A stretch of DNA of 64,000 nt from Alphaproteobacteria bacterium (GCA_965214705.1 OZ243972.1:1632001-1696000); one strand, 5' to 3'; shown: positions 17,757 to 28,038, counted from the stretch's first letter. Made by a program: numbers and translations. The notes: a model not told the origin generated them from the sequence alone.

Positions 17757-19369
17757 AGGGGAACTCCCTGGTGCAGGGGAACTCCCCGATGCAGATCGAC
17801 CCCGTGCAATTCGGCGATGCCGAGCGGCGCCCCGATCTCGGCGGCGATCAGCAGCACGCGCTCCTCGCGCACCAGCCGCGCGCTGCGGCCGCCGAAGGGC
17901 GCGGGAACGTCGGCATCGACGCTCCCCTCCCGGCTCGATACCGCGCCCCGATCGCTGAACCCGGTCACCACCAGGGTCTCGCCGCGCCCGATCCTGCGCG
18001 TCACCTGCACCGCGCGGCCGCCATATGCCGGTAGCTGGATGGTGTGTCCTGAAGAGGTGAAGGTGGTGAAGCGCGGCCGGTCCCTGAGACTCGCACTGAG
18101 GAGCACCAGGACCTCGTCCGGACCCGTGATGCGCGCGAGATAGCTCAGCGCGAACCCCGACGACACGGTGCCGGGCACCAGCTCGGTCTGCGCCAGGCCC
18201 TCGCCCGCCGTGGTCCGGACCTCCTTCAGGTAGGCCTGGTTGATAAGCTCCAGGAACTGTGCCGGCTTGCCGTTGAGACTCGGGATGTCGGCGCTCAGCA
18301 CTCTCGATACAGTTCCCGCCCGGCTCAGCGCCCGCACCGTCGCCGCCAGCGTGTCTCCGGCGCCCCCGGCGTCCTCCGCGCCCCACGGCCTGACCAGCGA
18401 CACCGTGTCCCCCGCCACGGCGACGCCGACGGAAGAGCCGAGGAGCTCGGACACGGAAAGATCCAACCCGTGATCGGTTTCGCGCTCGAAGCGCACCGCG
18501 TAGAGGTGCACCGAAAGCGTCACCGGGCGCAGCACCTCGCGGTTGAGCCAGCCGAGGAAGCCCCGCACCCTGTGCACGTCCTCGGGCCGGCCGCTCACCG
18601 TCACCGAGGCGCTGGAAGGGGAGACCGTGATCCTGGTCTCTTCTCCCACCAGCCCCGCGAGCTGCGCCTCGATTTCCGGCCAGGGGTCGTACTCGGTCTC
18701 GCTCTCGATCGACTGTTCGCTGAGGCTGCTCGATCCCTCCTCGCCGGCCTGGTCCTGGGTCGACGATGCAGTGCCGTGGCGCTCTGTGCCGGCCAGCGCG
18801 TTGACCCGGAACACCGCCGTGAGCGAACGCACAATCTCGATGCGGCCCTCCGCCTCGGCGTCGTACCGGGGAACTCCCCTGTAGCGCCATTCGTGGCCCG
18901 CGGCCTGCGCCCAGGCGTCCAGCAGACGATCCAGCGGGCCGGTCCAGACGGCGCCCGTCGGCGATAGTCCGTCCGGGACCCGGAACACCGCACCATCCCG
19001 CGCAGGTGCTGTGCCGATGAAGCGCACGGCAAGTCCCGTCGCCGCCTCGATTCGCGCAGCCAGCACCGCCTCGTCCTCTGCCCCGGCGAGCGGCAGGGTC
19101 ACCGCGTCGCCCGTCAGGAAGCGTTCGGGCAGCGCGCCCCGCCGGTCCTCCTCCACGAGCGCCAGCCCCACATAGGGCAGGTCCACCCGGCGCACCGTTA
19201 CGTAGCCGGAACCGGATACGCTCTCCCGTTGCGCCGCTGCCTCCCGCGCCACACGGTGCGCCTCGTCGCGCGCGTCCTCGACCGCCGTGAGTCCGCAGCC
19301 GGACAGCGTCACCAGCGCGGAAAGCGCGACCGCCGGCAGCTGCAGGCCAAGCGCCGGGTTCCGGGTCAC
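17753..19369 (-). CDS. pilN: PilN/BfpB-type lipoprotein secretin
   Basis: Lipobox LSGC; SLNGKPA, PGTVSSGF, IQLP, GETLVVTG secretin motifs. Confidence 0.85.
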   Translation of the reverse strand: MTRNPALGLQLPAVALSALVTLSGCGLTAVEDARDEAHRVAREAAAQRESVSGSGYVTVRRVDLPYVGLALVEEDRRGALPERFLTGDAVTLPLAGAEDEAVLAARIEAATGLAVRFIGTAPARDGAVFRVPDGLSPTGAVWTGPLDRLLDAWAQAAGHEWRYRGVPRYDAEAEGRIEIVRSLTAVFRVNALAGTERHGTASSTQDQAGEEGSSSLSEQSIESETEYDPWPEIEAQLAGLVGEETRITVSPSSASVTVSGRPEDVHRVRGFLGWLNREVLRPVTLSVHLYAVRFERETDHGLDLSVSELLGSSVGVAVAGDTVSLVRPWGAEDAGGAGDTLAATVRALSRAGTVSRVLSADIPSLNGKPAQFLELINQAYLKEVRTTAGEGLAQTELVPGTVSSGFALSYLARITGPDEVLVLLSASLRDRPRFTTFTSSGHTIQLPAYGGRAVQVTRRIGRGETLVVTGFSDRGAVSSREGSVDADVPAPFGGRSARLVREERVLLIAAEIGAPLGIAELHGVDLHRGVPLHQGVPL

Positions 19370-19983
19370 TGATCGCCCTCCTCGAAGCCCGACGAGGGCT
19401 CCGGGCCGCATTCGTCCACGCTGCTGTCGGAAGCCGGTGTGCCGCCGCTTGCCGGACCGGAATCCCGCCGGCCCGATGCGATCCACACCTCCACGTCCGC
19501 GCGGGCGTACAGCACCTGGCCGTCCACCTTCTCGAAGGCAGGCCCGATTCCCTTGGCCCGGTAGCGGTCGAGCGTCCGCCGGCTCACATGCAGCAGCGCC
19601 GCCAGCTCGCGCACGCTCAAGTGGCCCGTTGCGATCCCATTGGTCTTGCCGCCAGGTGCGGCAGCCTGTGGAGCCTTGCCGTTCGCTCCCGCCGACCGCC
19701 GGGACTTGCGCCTTCCCCGTCGCGGGCCGATGATTCGGTCAACCTGCTCTGGCCGCCCCTGCCGCGTGCTGCCGCCGACGCCTTCGTCGGAAGTCGAGCG
19801 CCGCCGCCGGGCAATCGCCCAGTCGTCCAGGTCGCTGCGCAGATAGTGCACGCGGTTGCAGTAGGTCAGGAACGGCGGACCCCCACCCGTCACCCGGTAA
19901 GTCTCCAGGGTGCGGGGGCTCAGCCCCAGGATCGCCGCTGCCTGCAGCGTGTTCAGATAGCAGGCGGGCGTCTTCTCGCCCAT
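19366..19983 (-). CDS. RdfS/excisionase-like protein with two tandem HTH_17-type domains
   Basis: YLNTLQAAAILGLSPRTLE...GGGPPF...DLDDW and LSVRELAALLHVSRRTLDRYR..GIGPAF...DVEVW. Confidence 0.85.
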   Translation of the reverse strand: MGEKTPACYLNTLQAAAILGLSPRTLETYRVTGGGPPFLTYCNRVHYLRSDLDDWAIARRRRSTSDEGVGGSTRQGRPEQVDRIIGPRRGRRKSRRSAGANGKAPQAAAPGGKTNGIATGHLSVRELAALLHVSRRTLDRYRAKGIGPAFEKVDGQVLYARADVEVWIASGRRDSGPASGGTPASDSSVDECGPEPSSGFEEGDQ

Positions 19984-20050
19984 GACGGTGTCTCTCCCTT
20001 GCATCCGACGATCGCGGTGCATTGGAGCGACATCCCGGTCCCCCGGGGAT

Positions 20051-20080
20051 GGTCGATCTGCTCTGCAGAGCAAGTCGACC
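20051..20080. promoter_or_regulatory. 30-bp imperfect palindrome upstream of the rdfS-pil operon, candidate operator
   Basis: GGTCGATCTGCTCTGCAGAGCAAGTCGACC, 13 of 15 pairs complementary, about 70 bp before ATG 19983. Confidence 0.5.
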
Positions 20081-20287
20081 ACTTACAAACCGGGAACATC
20101 GGCGCCTGGAAATCCCCGCCGCGGCCGCCCCGCTGCCATCCGCCGGGACGGCACCGGTCGGCATGGTCAAGAGCTCGCGGCAACGGCCGCCACAGCCTCG
20201 CGGCTGCAGCCAGCCGACGCGAACCGTCCGGTCTTCCAGGCCCGGCCAGCCGACCCCTCGGGCGGATGAAGGCGCCGGCCAGTCCGC

Positions 20288-21006
20288 CTACCCTGCCGTC
20301 ACAAGGTCGCGGTAATCGCCCTCCATCAGGGCGACAGCCCGGCCGATGCGTCGGCGCACCAGGGATCTGAGTCCGCCGTCCGCATGCCACTCCGCCGCCA
20401 CCTTCGCGGCACCCCGAAGATCCCTCGCGATCTCGCGCGGCTTCTTGCCGGAAAGGTGCCCATCGAGAGCCACGAGAAGCTCGCTGTCGGGCACGCTCCG
20501 CCTCAGGGGCGTTTTTTCCCCCGTGAGCCGAGCGGCCAGAGATCGGCCGCCCGGCGCAGCCGGAGCCTGAGGTCCAGCCCCGCCGGAATGCGCAGCGCGA
20601 TGCCGCCGGCGGGATCGAACGCGTCTCCGTTGACGATCCGCAACTGCACCGCTCTCTTGCCTTCTTCGATCTTCAGGATCACGGCGCCGCTCTGCAGACG
20701 CAGACCCCGCAGCCGGCAGTCCGGGGCCGCCAGAAGCTCGGACAGCAGCGGAGCGTCGGGCGCCGGAAACGCCTCCAGCATCTCCGCCTCCGCCCAGAAC
20801 GGCGACGCCGGGCCGTCGTCCGCCAGCGGGTCCTCCCACGCAAGAAGTCCCCACTCGGCAGCCGCGCCGTCCGCCTCTGTTTGTTTCCTCAACAGGAACG
20901 GCGCCGGCTCAACCGGCGCCGCCGTCTCGGTCTTCCGCCAGGCCTCGATGTAGGCCGGGTTGTGTCGCAGGAACTGCCAGGCGCGTATGCCTCCTTTGTT
21001 GCTCAT
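20288..21006 (-). CDS. FseA-like activator (DUF6499 + DUF2285) split by a -1 frame change near 20515
   Basis: Frame 1 has AWQFLRHNPAY and EWGL and stops at 20503; the -1 frame has ALDGHLSGKKPREIA...LRSLVRRRI..A.ALM..DYR. Confidence 0.75.
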
Positions 21007-21573
21007 CAGGCTCCTCCTCCCTCCGGTCCGGCGGCAACGCCGATGACGCGCGTTGCCGCGCTCATGGCATCGAAACCGTCGTTGGGGAGAAGGACCGGCA
21101 CCCGCCGGCTGCCCTCGCCCGTGCCCGGGGACGAACCCCCGGATCACTCCCTGACTGCGCGCACATGCGCGCAGCGTTTCGCTTTCCCGATAGTCACCAC
21201 CAAGCCGAGACCCTCATGCCGGTCGTGTCGAAGGAATCGCCGTCGACATTGGTCGCAATTCGGTGCAAGCCTTCGAAGCGGAACTCGAAGGCGTTCTGTT
21301 CCGCGCCTTCCGGAAGCCAAGCCTGAGCCTGTGGGCGGGTGCCGCTGGTCCGGGCTTGCCGGCTTACCGTATCCGCTCCGCCAACATCCGTCGGATGGAT
21401 CCTGTCCGTCGAGGCTCTCAGGAAAATGTTGCCTTAGGAGTGTGTCGAGGGCCGGAACAGTCGCCCGCCGTGCATGGAGCATCGTCGAAGGCTGTTGGAC
21501 GGGTGTCGCCGACGCGGCGCGAGGCGGGTGAGGCCGTCTGTCCCCGACCTCGCCCCGCGCCCACGCTTTCCCC

Positions 21574-21879
21574 TTACCACCGGGCGATGAGGCCGACGCC
21601 GATGCAGTGCTCGGGCGCGCCTACCCCGGAATTGTTCGCGGCCTCGCGCCGGGCGCCGTCGAGATGGACCTCGAAGCCCCCGGCGTCGCCCTGCCGCGCC
21701 GACCTCAGCCGCCAGCGCATGCGGTACTCCCGCACCTTGTCCGGCAGTCCGAACCCGACATGGGACGTGCCCGTGAAGTCGCCACCGAACATCGCGATTG
21801 CGAAGCCCAGTTCCCCATCGAGCCAGCTCGACAGCTGCGCGTCCTCGTTCGCCGCTGGCCCGGACGCGCCCGGCAGCAT
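21574..21879 (-). pseudogene. Relic C-terminus of an autotransporter-like beta-barrel protein
   Basis: LDGELGF...FGG.FTGT.HVGFGL...WRL...RREAAN...PEH.IG...RW with terminal Trp and no N-terminal part. Confidence 0.5.
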
Positions 21880-22121
21880 CCAAAGCCGCCCGGGTCCGCC
21901 CCGTAAGGCGGCGTGAGCGACTCAGACAGGCCGCGCCCCGCGGGGAGCACGCCTTGGGCGAGCAGCGCCGCCGCAGCCCGGCGAGGCGCCCTCGGGGCTG
22001 AAAGCGCAGGTTGGCGCTTGGGCGCAGGGACTCTAGCGGGGCCACGGTTCGACTCATTTTCCGCACACGCCTTGCCGCCCGGCAATCCAGACCGACTCGT
22101 TCGCATCGCCCAATTCCCCGT

Positions 22122-22285
22122 GAACCCGTTTCCACCTGAACCCGATCTCGTATCATATGCATAATGTAATCAATAGCAAGACTGCATGGGAAGACGTTGC
22201 GTAATACGATGAAATAAAGCTGTATGAGCCGATAGACTTTCGACAAATACCTCTTTATAATATCCATATTGTGTCATAAAGTATC
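22122..22285. promoter_or_regulatory. AT-rich intergenic module, copy 1
   Basis: Colinear similarity to 39642-39795; lies upstream of the hybrid kinase. Confidence 0.55.
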
Positions 22286-22347
22286 CTGAGAGTGACATTC
22301 GGTCTGCATCCACAGGCGATGCGGCCGTTACCGGGGAGGACGGTGCC

Positions 22348-24651
22348 TTGACGGAACACGACGAAACGGCACGGCAGGAGGATGACGGCGGGCATCCGTC
22401 CGCGCTCAGCGCAGCGGTGCTGCGCATCGGCGCGAGCCTCGACCTCGACACCGTGCTCACCGAGGTGGTCGACGCCGCCCGCGCGCTCACCGGTGCGGGC
22501 TGCGGCGCCATCGCCACCGTCGACGAGTTGGGGCGCCCCGGCGATTTCGTCACCTCCGGCCTGACGGAGGACGAGCACCGGGCGCTGGAGGGCTGGCCCG
22601 ACGGGCCGGATCTCTTCGCCCATCTCGCCGGCCTCGCCGCGCCGCTCCGGCTGGCCGACCTGGCGGAGTTCGTGAATGCGCTGATCCCCTCGCCCTGCCC
22701 GATCGACTGCGGCGCCTTCCAGGGCACGCCGATGCGCCACCGGGGCGTCCATGTCGGCAGCTTCTTCCTCGGCACCAAGGAGGGCGGGTTCACCGATTCC
22801 GACGAGGAGGTGCTGGTGCTGCTCTCCGCCCAGGCCGCCGCCGCGGTCGCCAACGCGCGGGCCCATCGCGAGGAGCGGCGCGCCCGCGCCGACCTCGAGG
22901 CGCTGGTCGAGACCTGCCCGGTCGGCGTGGTGGTGCTCGACGCCGCCACCGGCGCGCTCGCCTCGCTCAACCGAGAGGCAAGGCGCATTACGGCGGGGCT
23001 GGTCTCGCCCGAGCTCCCGGTCGAGCGGCTGGCCGGCGCGATGACCTGCCGGCGCGGCGACGGCCGCGCGGTCACCCTCGACGATCTCGGGCGCGGCGAA
23101 ACGGTGCGCGCCGAGGAGGTGGAGCTCTCGGTGCCGGGCGGGGCGAGCGTGCGCACCCTGCTCGACGCCACCCCGATCCGCGCCGAGGACGGCGCGGTGG
23201 AGCGGCTGGTGGTGATCTTGCAGGACCTCGAACCGTTCGAGGCCCTGGCGCGATCTCGCGCCGAGTTCCTCTCCACGGTGAGCCACGAGCTGCGCGCGCC
23301 GCTGGCGGCGATCAAGGGCTCGGCCGCGGCGGCGCTGGAGGGCGCGCGCGAACCCGACCGCTCGGAGTTGCGCCAGTTCCTGCGCATCGTCGGCGAGCAG
23401 GCCGACCGCATGAACGGACTGATCGGCGACCTGCTCGATGCCGGGCGCATCGGCGCCGGGGTGATGCTGGTCGATCCGGAGGCGCAGGATCTGGCCGGGC
23501 TGGTCGAGCGGGCGAGGACCGCGTTCGCGGGCGCCGGCGGCAGGCACGTCGTCGTCGTCGACCTGCCCCCGGACCTGCCGCGCGTGATGGCGGACCCGCG
23601 CCGCATCGTGCAGGTGCTGGACAACCTGCTGGCCAATGCCGCGCGGCATTCCCCGGAGGCCGCTCCCATCCGGGTGGCGGCGGAGCGCGACGGCGCGCAC
23701 GTAGCGGTCTCGGTCGCCGACGACGGCGAGGGAGTTGCGCCGGAGCGGCTGGTACACCTCTTCCGCCGCCACGCCGGCATCGACGGGGGCGTGGGCGGCG
23801 GATCCGGCCTCGGACTGGTCATCTGCCGAGGCCTGGTGGAGGCGCATGGCGGGCGCATCCGGGCCGAGAGCGCCGGGACGGGCCGCGGCACCACGGTCAC
23901 CTTCACCCTGCCCGCCGCGGAGGACGCTCCCGCCGCTGCCGTCCCCGCGTCCGTCTTCCCGGACCGGCGGGGCGGGACCGCCATCCTGGTGGTGGACGAC
24001 GACCCGCACGCGCTGCGCGGGATGCGCGACGCGCTGGCGGCGGCGGGCTACGAACCCGCGATCGCCGCCGGGCCGGGCGAAGTGGCACGCCTGGTCGAGA
24101 CCCGGCGGCCCGCGCTCGCGGTGCTCGACCTGGTGCTGCCCGGGGCCGACGGCATCGAGCTGATGCGGACCCTCCCGGCGCTCGCCGACCTGCCGGTGAT
24201 CTTCGTCTCGGCCTACGGAAGGGGCGAGACCATCGCGCGGGCGCTGGAGGCGGGCGCCGCCGACTACATCGTCAAGCCCTTCTCGCCGGCCGAGCTGGTG
24301 GCGCGGGTGGGCGTGGCGCTCAACCGCCATGCTGCGCCCGGGCCCTTCGTGCTCGGCGACCTCGCCATCGACCGCGCGACGCGGCGCGTCACCGTCGCGG
24401 GCCTGGCGGTGCGGCTCACCGCGATCGAGTACAGGATCCTGCACACGCTCTCGCTCGACGCCGGCGGGGCGACGACCTACGAGACGCTGCGGCGCCGGGT
24501 GTGGGGAGACCGGGGCGGCGCCAACCGGGAGACCATACGGAACGCCATCCGCAAGCTCCGCAGCAAGCTCGGCGACGACGCCCGGAACCCCAGGTACATC
24601 CTCAGCGAGCGCGGCTTCGGCTACCGCATGCCCGGGCCGGATGACGGATGA
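22348..24651 (+). CDS. Hybrid GAF-PAS histidine kinase fused to receiver and OmpR-type wHTH
   Basis: SHELRAPL H-box, NLLANA, DDGEG, GSGLGL, VVDDD/LDL/KPF receiver, IRKLRSKL...ERGFGY. Confidence 0.9.
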   Translation: MTEHDETARQEDDGGHPSALSAAVLRIGASLDLDTVLTEVVDAARALTGAGCGAIATVDELGRPGDFVTSGLTEDEHRALEGWPDGPDLFAHLAGLAAPLRLADLAEFVNALIPSPCPIDCGAFQGTPMRHRGVHVGSFFLGTKEGGFTDSDEEVLVLLSAQAAAAVANARAHREERRARADLEALVETCPVGVVVLDAATGALASLNREARRITAGLVSPELPVERLAGAMTCRRGDGRAVTLDDLGRGETVRAEEVELSVPGGASVRTLLDATPIRAEDGAVERLVVILQDLEPFEALARSRAEFLSTVSHELRAPLAAIKGSAAAALEGAREPDRSELRQFLRIVGEQADRMNGLIGDLLDAGRIGAGVMLVDPEAQDLAGLVERARTAFAGAGGRHVVVVDLPPDLPRVMADPRRIVQVLDNLLANAARHSPEAAPIRVAAERDGAHVAVSVADDGEGVAPERLVHLFRRHAGIDGGVGGGSGLGLVICRGLVEAHGGRIRAESAGTGRGTTVTFTLPAAEDAPAAAVPASVFPDRRGGTAILVVDDDPHALRGMRDALAAAGYEPAIAAGPGEVARLVETRRPALAVLDLVLPGADGIELMRTLPALADLPVIFVSAYGRGETIARALEAGAADYIVKPFSPAELVARVGVALNRHAAPGPFVLGDLAIDRATRRVTVAGLAVRLTAIEYRILHTLSLDAGGATTYETLRRRVWGDRGGANRETIRNAIRKLRSKLGDDARNPRYILSERGFGYRMPGPDDG

Positions 24652-24796
24652 CCGGCCGCATCCCCGCATCAGGCAGCGCGACTCCCGTGGCCCGCCGAAG
24701 CCGGGGCGCGGGGACGGAGTCGATCGAGTGGACGCCGCCACTCCGGAACGGTCGCGTTATCCGCCGCTCCGACGATTGGGCGTCCAGGGATCCGGG

Positions 24797-25615
24797 ATAA
24801 GCGAAGACCGATCCCCCCATCCCTTCGACTTCGACGCCTACGCGCCGGCGGAGATCGCGCGGCGCGTCGAGTCCTCCGGCGTCGCCAAGGCCAACCTGCC
24901 GCTCCTGCAGACCCTGGCTCTCGCCGTGCTGGCCGGCGCCTTCATCGCGTTCGGCGGGACGAGCTACACCGTCGTCGTCACCGGCTCCGAGCTCGGCTTC
25001 GGCCCGACCCGCCTTCTCGGAGGCGTCGTGTTTTCCCTCGAATTGGTCCTGGTGGTGATCGGCGGCGCCGAGCTCTTCAACGGCAACAACCTGATCGCGA
25101 TGGCCTGGGCCGACCGGCGGGTGACGACGGGCCAGCTGCTGTGGAACTGGCTGCTCGTCTATGCCGGCAACGTCGTCGGCGCGCTCGGGAGCGCGGCCGC
25201 CGTCCTCCTGTCGGGCATCCTGGATACCGGCGGGAGCCTCCACGAGACCGCCGCCGCCATCGCGCAGGCCAGGATCGCGCCGGGCGCCTCGGAGGCCTTC
25301 TTCCGCGGCATCCTGTGCAACGTGCTGGTCTGCCTCGCCGTCTGGCCGTGCTTCGCCGCCCACACCGTCACCGGCAAGATGCTGGCGATCGTCTTTCCAG
25401 TCTCGGCCTTCGTGGTGCTTGGCTTCGAGCACTCCATCGCCAACATGTACCTGATCCCGGTCGGCCTGTTCGCGGGCGGCGCGGCGCCCGCTGCCGCCGA
25501 CCTGGCGGCGATGGCGCAGAACATCGCCGTCGTCACCCTCGGCAACATCGTCGGCGGCACTCTGCTGGTGGCACTCGTCTACTGGCTCGTCTACCTGCGC
25601 CACCGGCGGGACTGA
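24797..25615 (+). CDS. Formate/nitrite transporter (FNT), possibly degenerate; start uncertain
   Basis: LAGAFIAFG, GAELFNGN, GILCNVLVCLAVW, GFEHSIANM, GNIVGG; apparent start is ATA (24797), alternative ATG at 24641. Confidence 0.8.
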   Translation: MSEDRSPHPFDFDAYAPAEIARRVESSGVAKANLPLLQTLALAVLAGAFIAFGGTSYTVVVTGSELGFGPTRLLGGVVFSLELVLVVIGGAELFNGNNLIAMAWADRRVTTGQLLWNWLLVYAGNVVGALGSAAAVLLSGILDTGGSLHETAAAIAQARIAPGASEAFFRGILCNVLVCLAVWPCFAAHTVTGKMLAIVFPVSAFVVLGFEHSIANMYLIPVGLFAGGAAPAAADLAAMAQNIAVVTLGNIVGGTLLVALVYWLVYLRHRRD

Positions 25616-25694
25616 ACCACATGCCGCGGCGCACGGCGGCCGAGAGCGGCCTTCGTCGCAGCCGGATGCGGCAATGCCGGTTCGCCCGCGCGCC

Positions 25695-26913
25695 ATGATC
25701 GTCGAGGACTAGGCCGAGGTCGTGGACTTCCTGTCGACGGCGGTAGCCCACGGCACCGGCGAGGCGGTGCGCCGGATCGAGACCCACCGGGCGATCGTGT
25801 TCCTTTCGGGAGCGAGCGCGATCAAGCTCAAGCGCGCGGTTCGCTTCGACTACATGGACTACTCCACCGTGGCCCGGCGCCGCGCCGCCTGCGAGGCGGA
25901 AGTCCGCATCAACCGCCGCACGGCGCCCTCGATCCACCAGCGCGCGCGGGCGGTCGTGCGCCGGCCCGACGGACGGATCGGCTGGGACGGGCCGGGCGAT
26001 GTCCTCGACTGGGTCGTCTGCATGGTGCGGTTCGACGAGAGCAACGTCTTCGACGAACTCGCGCGCCGCTGCGAGCTCACGGCCGACCTGGTCGACGGCA
26101 GGCCGACCCTGTTCGATGCGATCAAATTCAGCGAGAGCTTCGCCTGTATCGACGTCTTCTACGACTGGCCTTCCTGCTCATGGATCTCCGGCATCGCGGG
26201 CTGCGGTAGGAAGCCGACCGGGTGCTCAACAGCTCAACAGGTATCTGTGGTGGCGCGACGACCTCGACGGGCTCGGGGCGTTGCCGCTCTTTCTCTCCTG
26301 CCGTGCGGCCATTCGCGCCCACGTGATTGCCGCCGCGCGCGCGAGCTCGTCCCGGCCGGTTCGCAAGGCCGATAGGCAGCGCGACGAAGCGTGCGACTAT
26401 CTCGACCTCGCAAGGGCTTGCCTCGAACCGCGGCCGCCATGTCTGATCGCCATCGGCGGCCTGTCGGTCACCGGCAAGTCGACTGTCGCCAGGCTGCTTG
26501 CGCCGCAACTGGACGCCGTGCCGGGCACGCTCCGGTTCCAGAGCGACGTCGTGCGCAAGCGGCTGTTCGGCGTCGACTCGGAATCCCGCCTGCCCGACAG
26601 CGCGTACTCCCCTTCGGCGAGCCGGCGGACCTACGCCGCGCTTCGCGACGGCGCCCGTTCGGCGCTCGCCGCCAGCGCCACCGACGTCGTCGATGCGGTG
26701 CACGCCCGCCCCGAGGAGCGTAGGGAGATCGAGGCGGTCGCGACCGGGGCCGGCGCCTCCTTCGCCGGTTTCTGGCTCGATGCGCCCCGGCAGACGCTCC
26801 GGGACCGGATTGCGCTCGGCGAAATCTCCTGGCGGCGTTTCGACTCCCGCCGCGAAGCCGCAACCCTCGCGGAGCGCGTGCGCGAAACTGCCATCGACAC
26901 CGCCTGTTTGTAG
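25695..26913 (+). pseudogene. Phosphotransferase/AAA_33 kinase bifunctional protein, degraded
   Basis: TAG at codon 6 (25710), IETH and CEAEVRINRRTAP motifs, apparent internal deletion, frameshift near 26165, GGLSVTGKST P-loop. Confidence 0.85.
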
Positions 26914-27243
26914 ACGCCCCCGATGCCACCGGCTGTCTGCGCGACGATGGGGGTCAGCACTTGTCGGAGGAGCGGCGCGGGACAGAGCGAGAGGGGCGCC
27001 CGCGCTGAACCATGCCGACGGACTTGTCGTCTGCGACCGCCTCGACCGGGAGCTCGGACTCGACCGCGACGCCTGGACCCCGCTGGCCGGGCGCTGCCTG
27101 CCTGCCCGCGGGATGACGATGTTGGAACCGGCCCTACCCCGCGTTATCGTTTGGCCGGGCGCCTCCTGGTTCCGCGTCGTCCCTGTTGTCGGGGCGGATC
27201 CGCCGCCGCGCCCGCGACCGGGCGGTTTCTCGGGGAAGTGGAC

Positions 27244-28038
27244 ATGCGAAAGCCTCTTGCGACGTTGTTCATTCTGGCCATCTCGATGAGCCTGGCGGCC
27301 TGCGCCGACAACGACCGGATCACCGTCCGGGAGCTCGGAGACCGGGCCGGGCTGTCGGCGCCGGTCGAGTCGGCGGCGGAACAGGCCCTGCGGGCAACGG
27401 GCATCGTCGAGCGAAGCGACTCACTGATTATGTCCACGCACTTTGTGGAAACCGACAACCCCGACATTCCGCCATCCCGGATCTGGACGGATTGCAGCGG
27501 AGACAGCTGCACGCTGACCGATTCCCTGTCCGGCGCATCCCATACGGTCAGCCTCACCGATCTCGAGATCATGGCCGACGCCTCCGAAGCCCTCGGCACC
27601 AGGCACGGCGTCACCCTGACATGGGACGAATCTCGCCACGATGGCGCCGACGCGACGGCGCTCGGCGCTTGGATGGATCACGGCGCGTTCCTGCTCCAGA
27701 CGAACATCGCGCGCACCGAGGAAGCCGACCTCGACATCCGCTCCGCGATAGTCGTAGGCAATGCGACGGACATGCCGCTCACCGGCAGCGCGACGTGGCT
27801 CGGCCTCATGGCCGGCACGCCGGTTGCCGGCGAGGCCCGCGGCAACCGGCTGATAGGGACTGCGGCCCTGAACTACGACATGGACGCCGGCGGCGGGCTT
27901 GATGTCGCCTTCAGCGCAATCACGGATGTCGACCGGAATCGGCCGCACACGACCGCGACGATCCTGTTCCCCGACGTGCCGCTCGTCCCGGGCGGGACGT
28001 TCGAGACCGGCCGCACCGGCGACCGCATCCACGGCGCA
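27244..28038 (+). pseudogene. TbpB-like beta-barrel lipoprotein, 5' part
   Basis: Lipobox LAAC, GSATWLG motif; ends IHGA at the element boundary. Confidence 0.8.
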
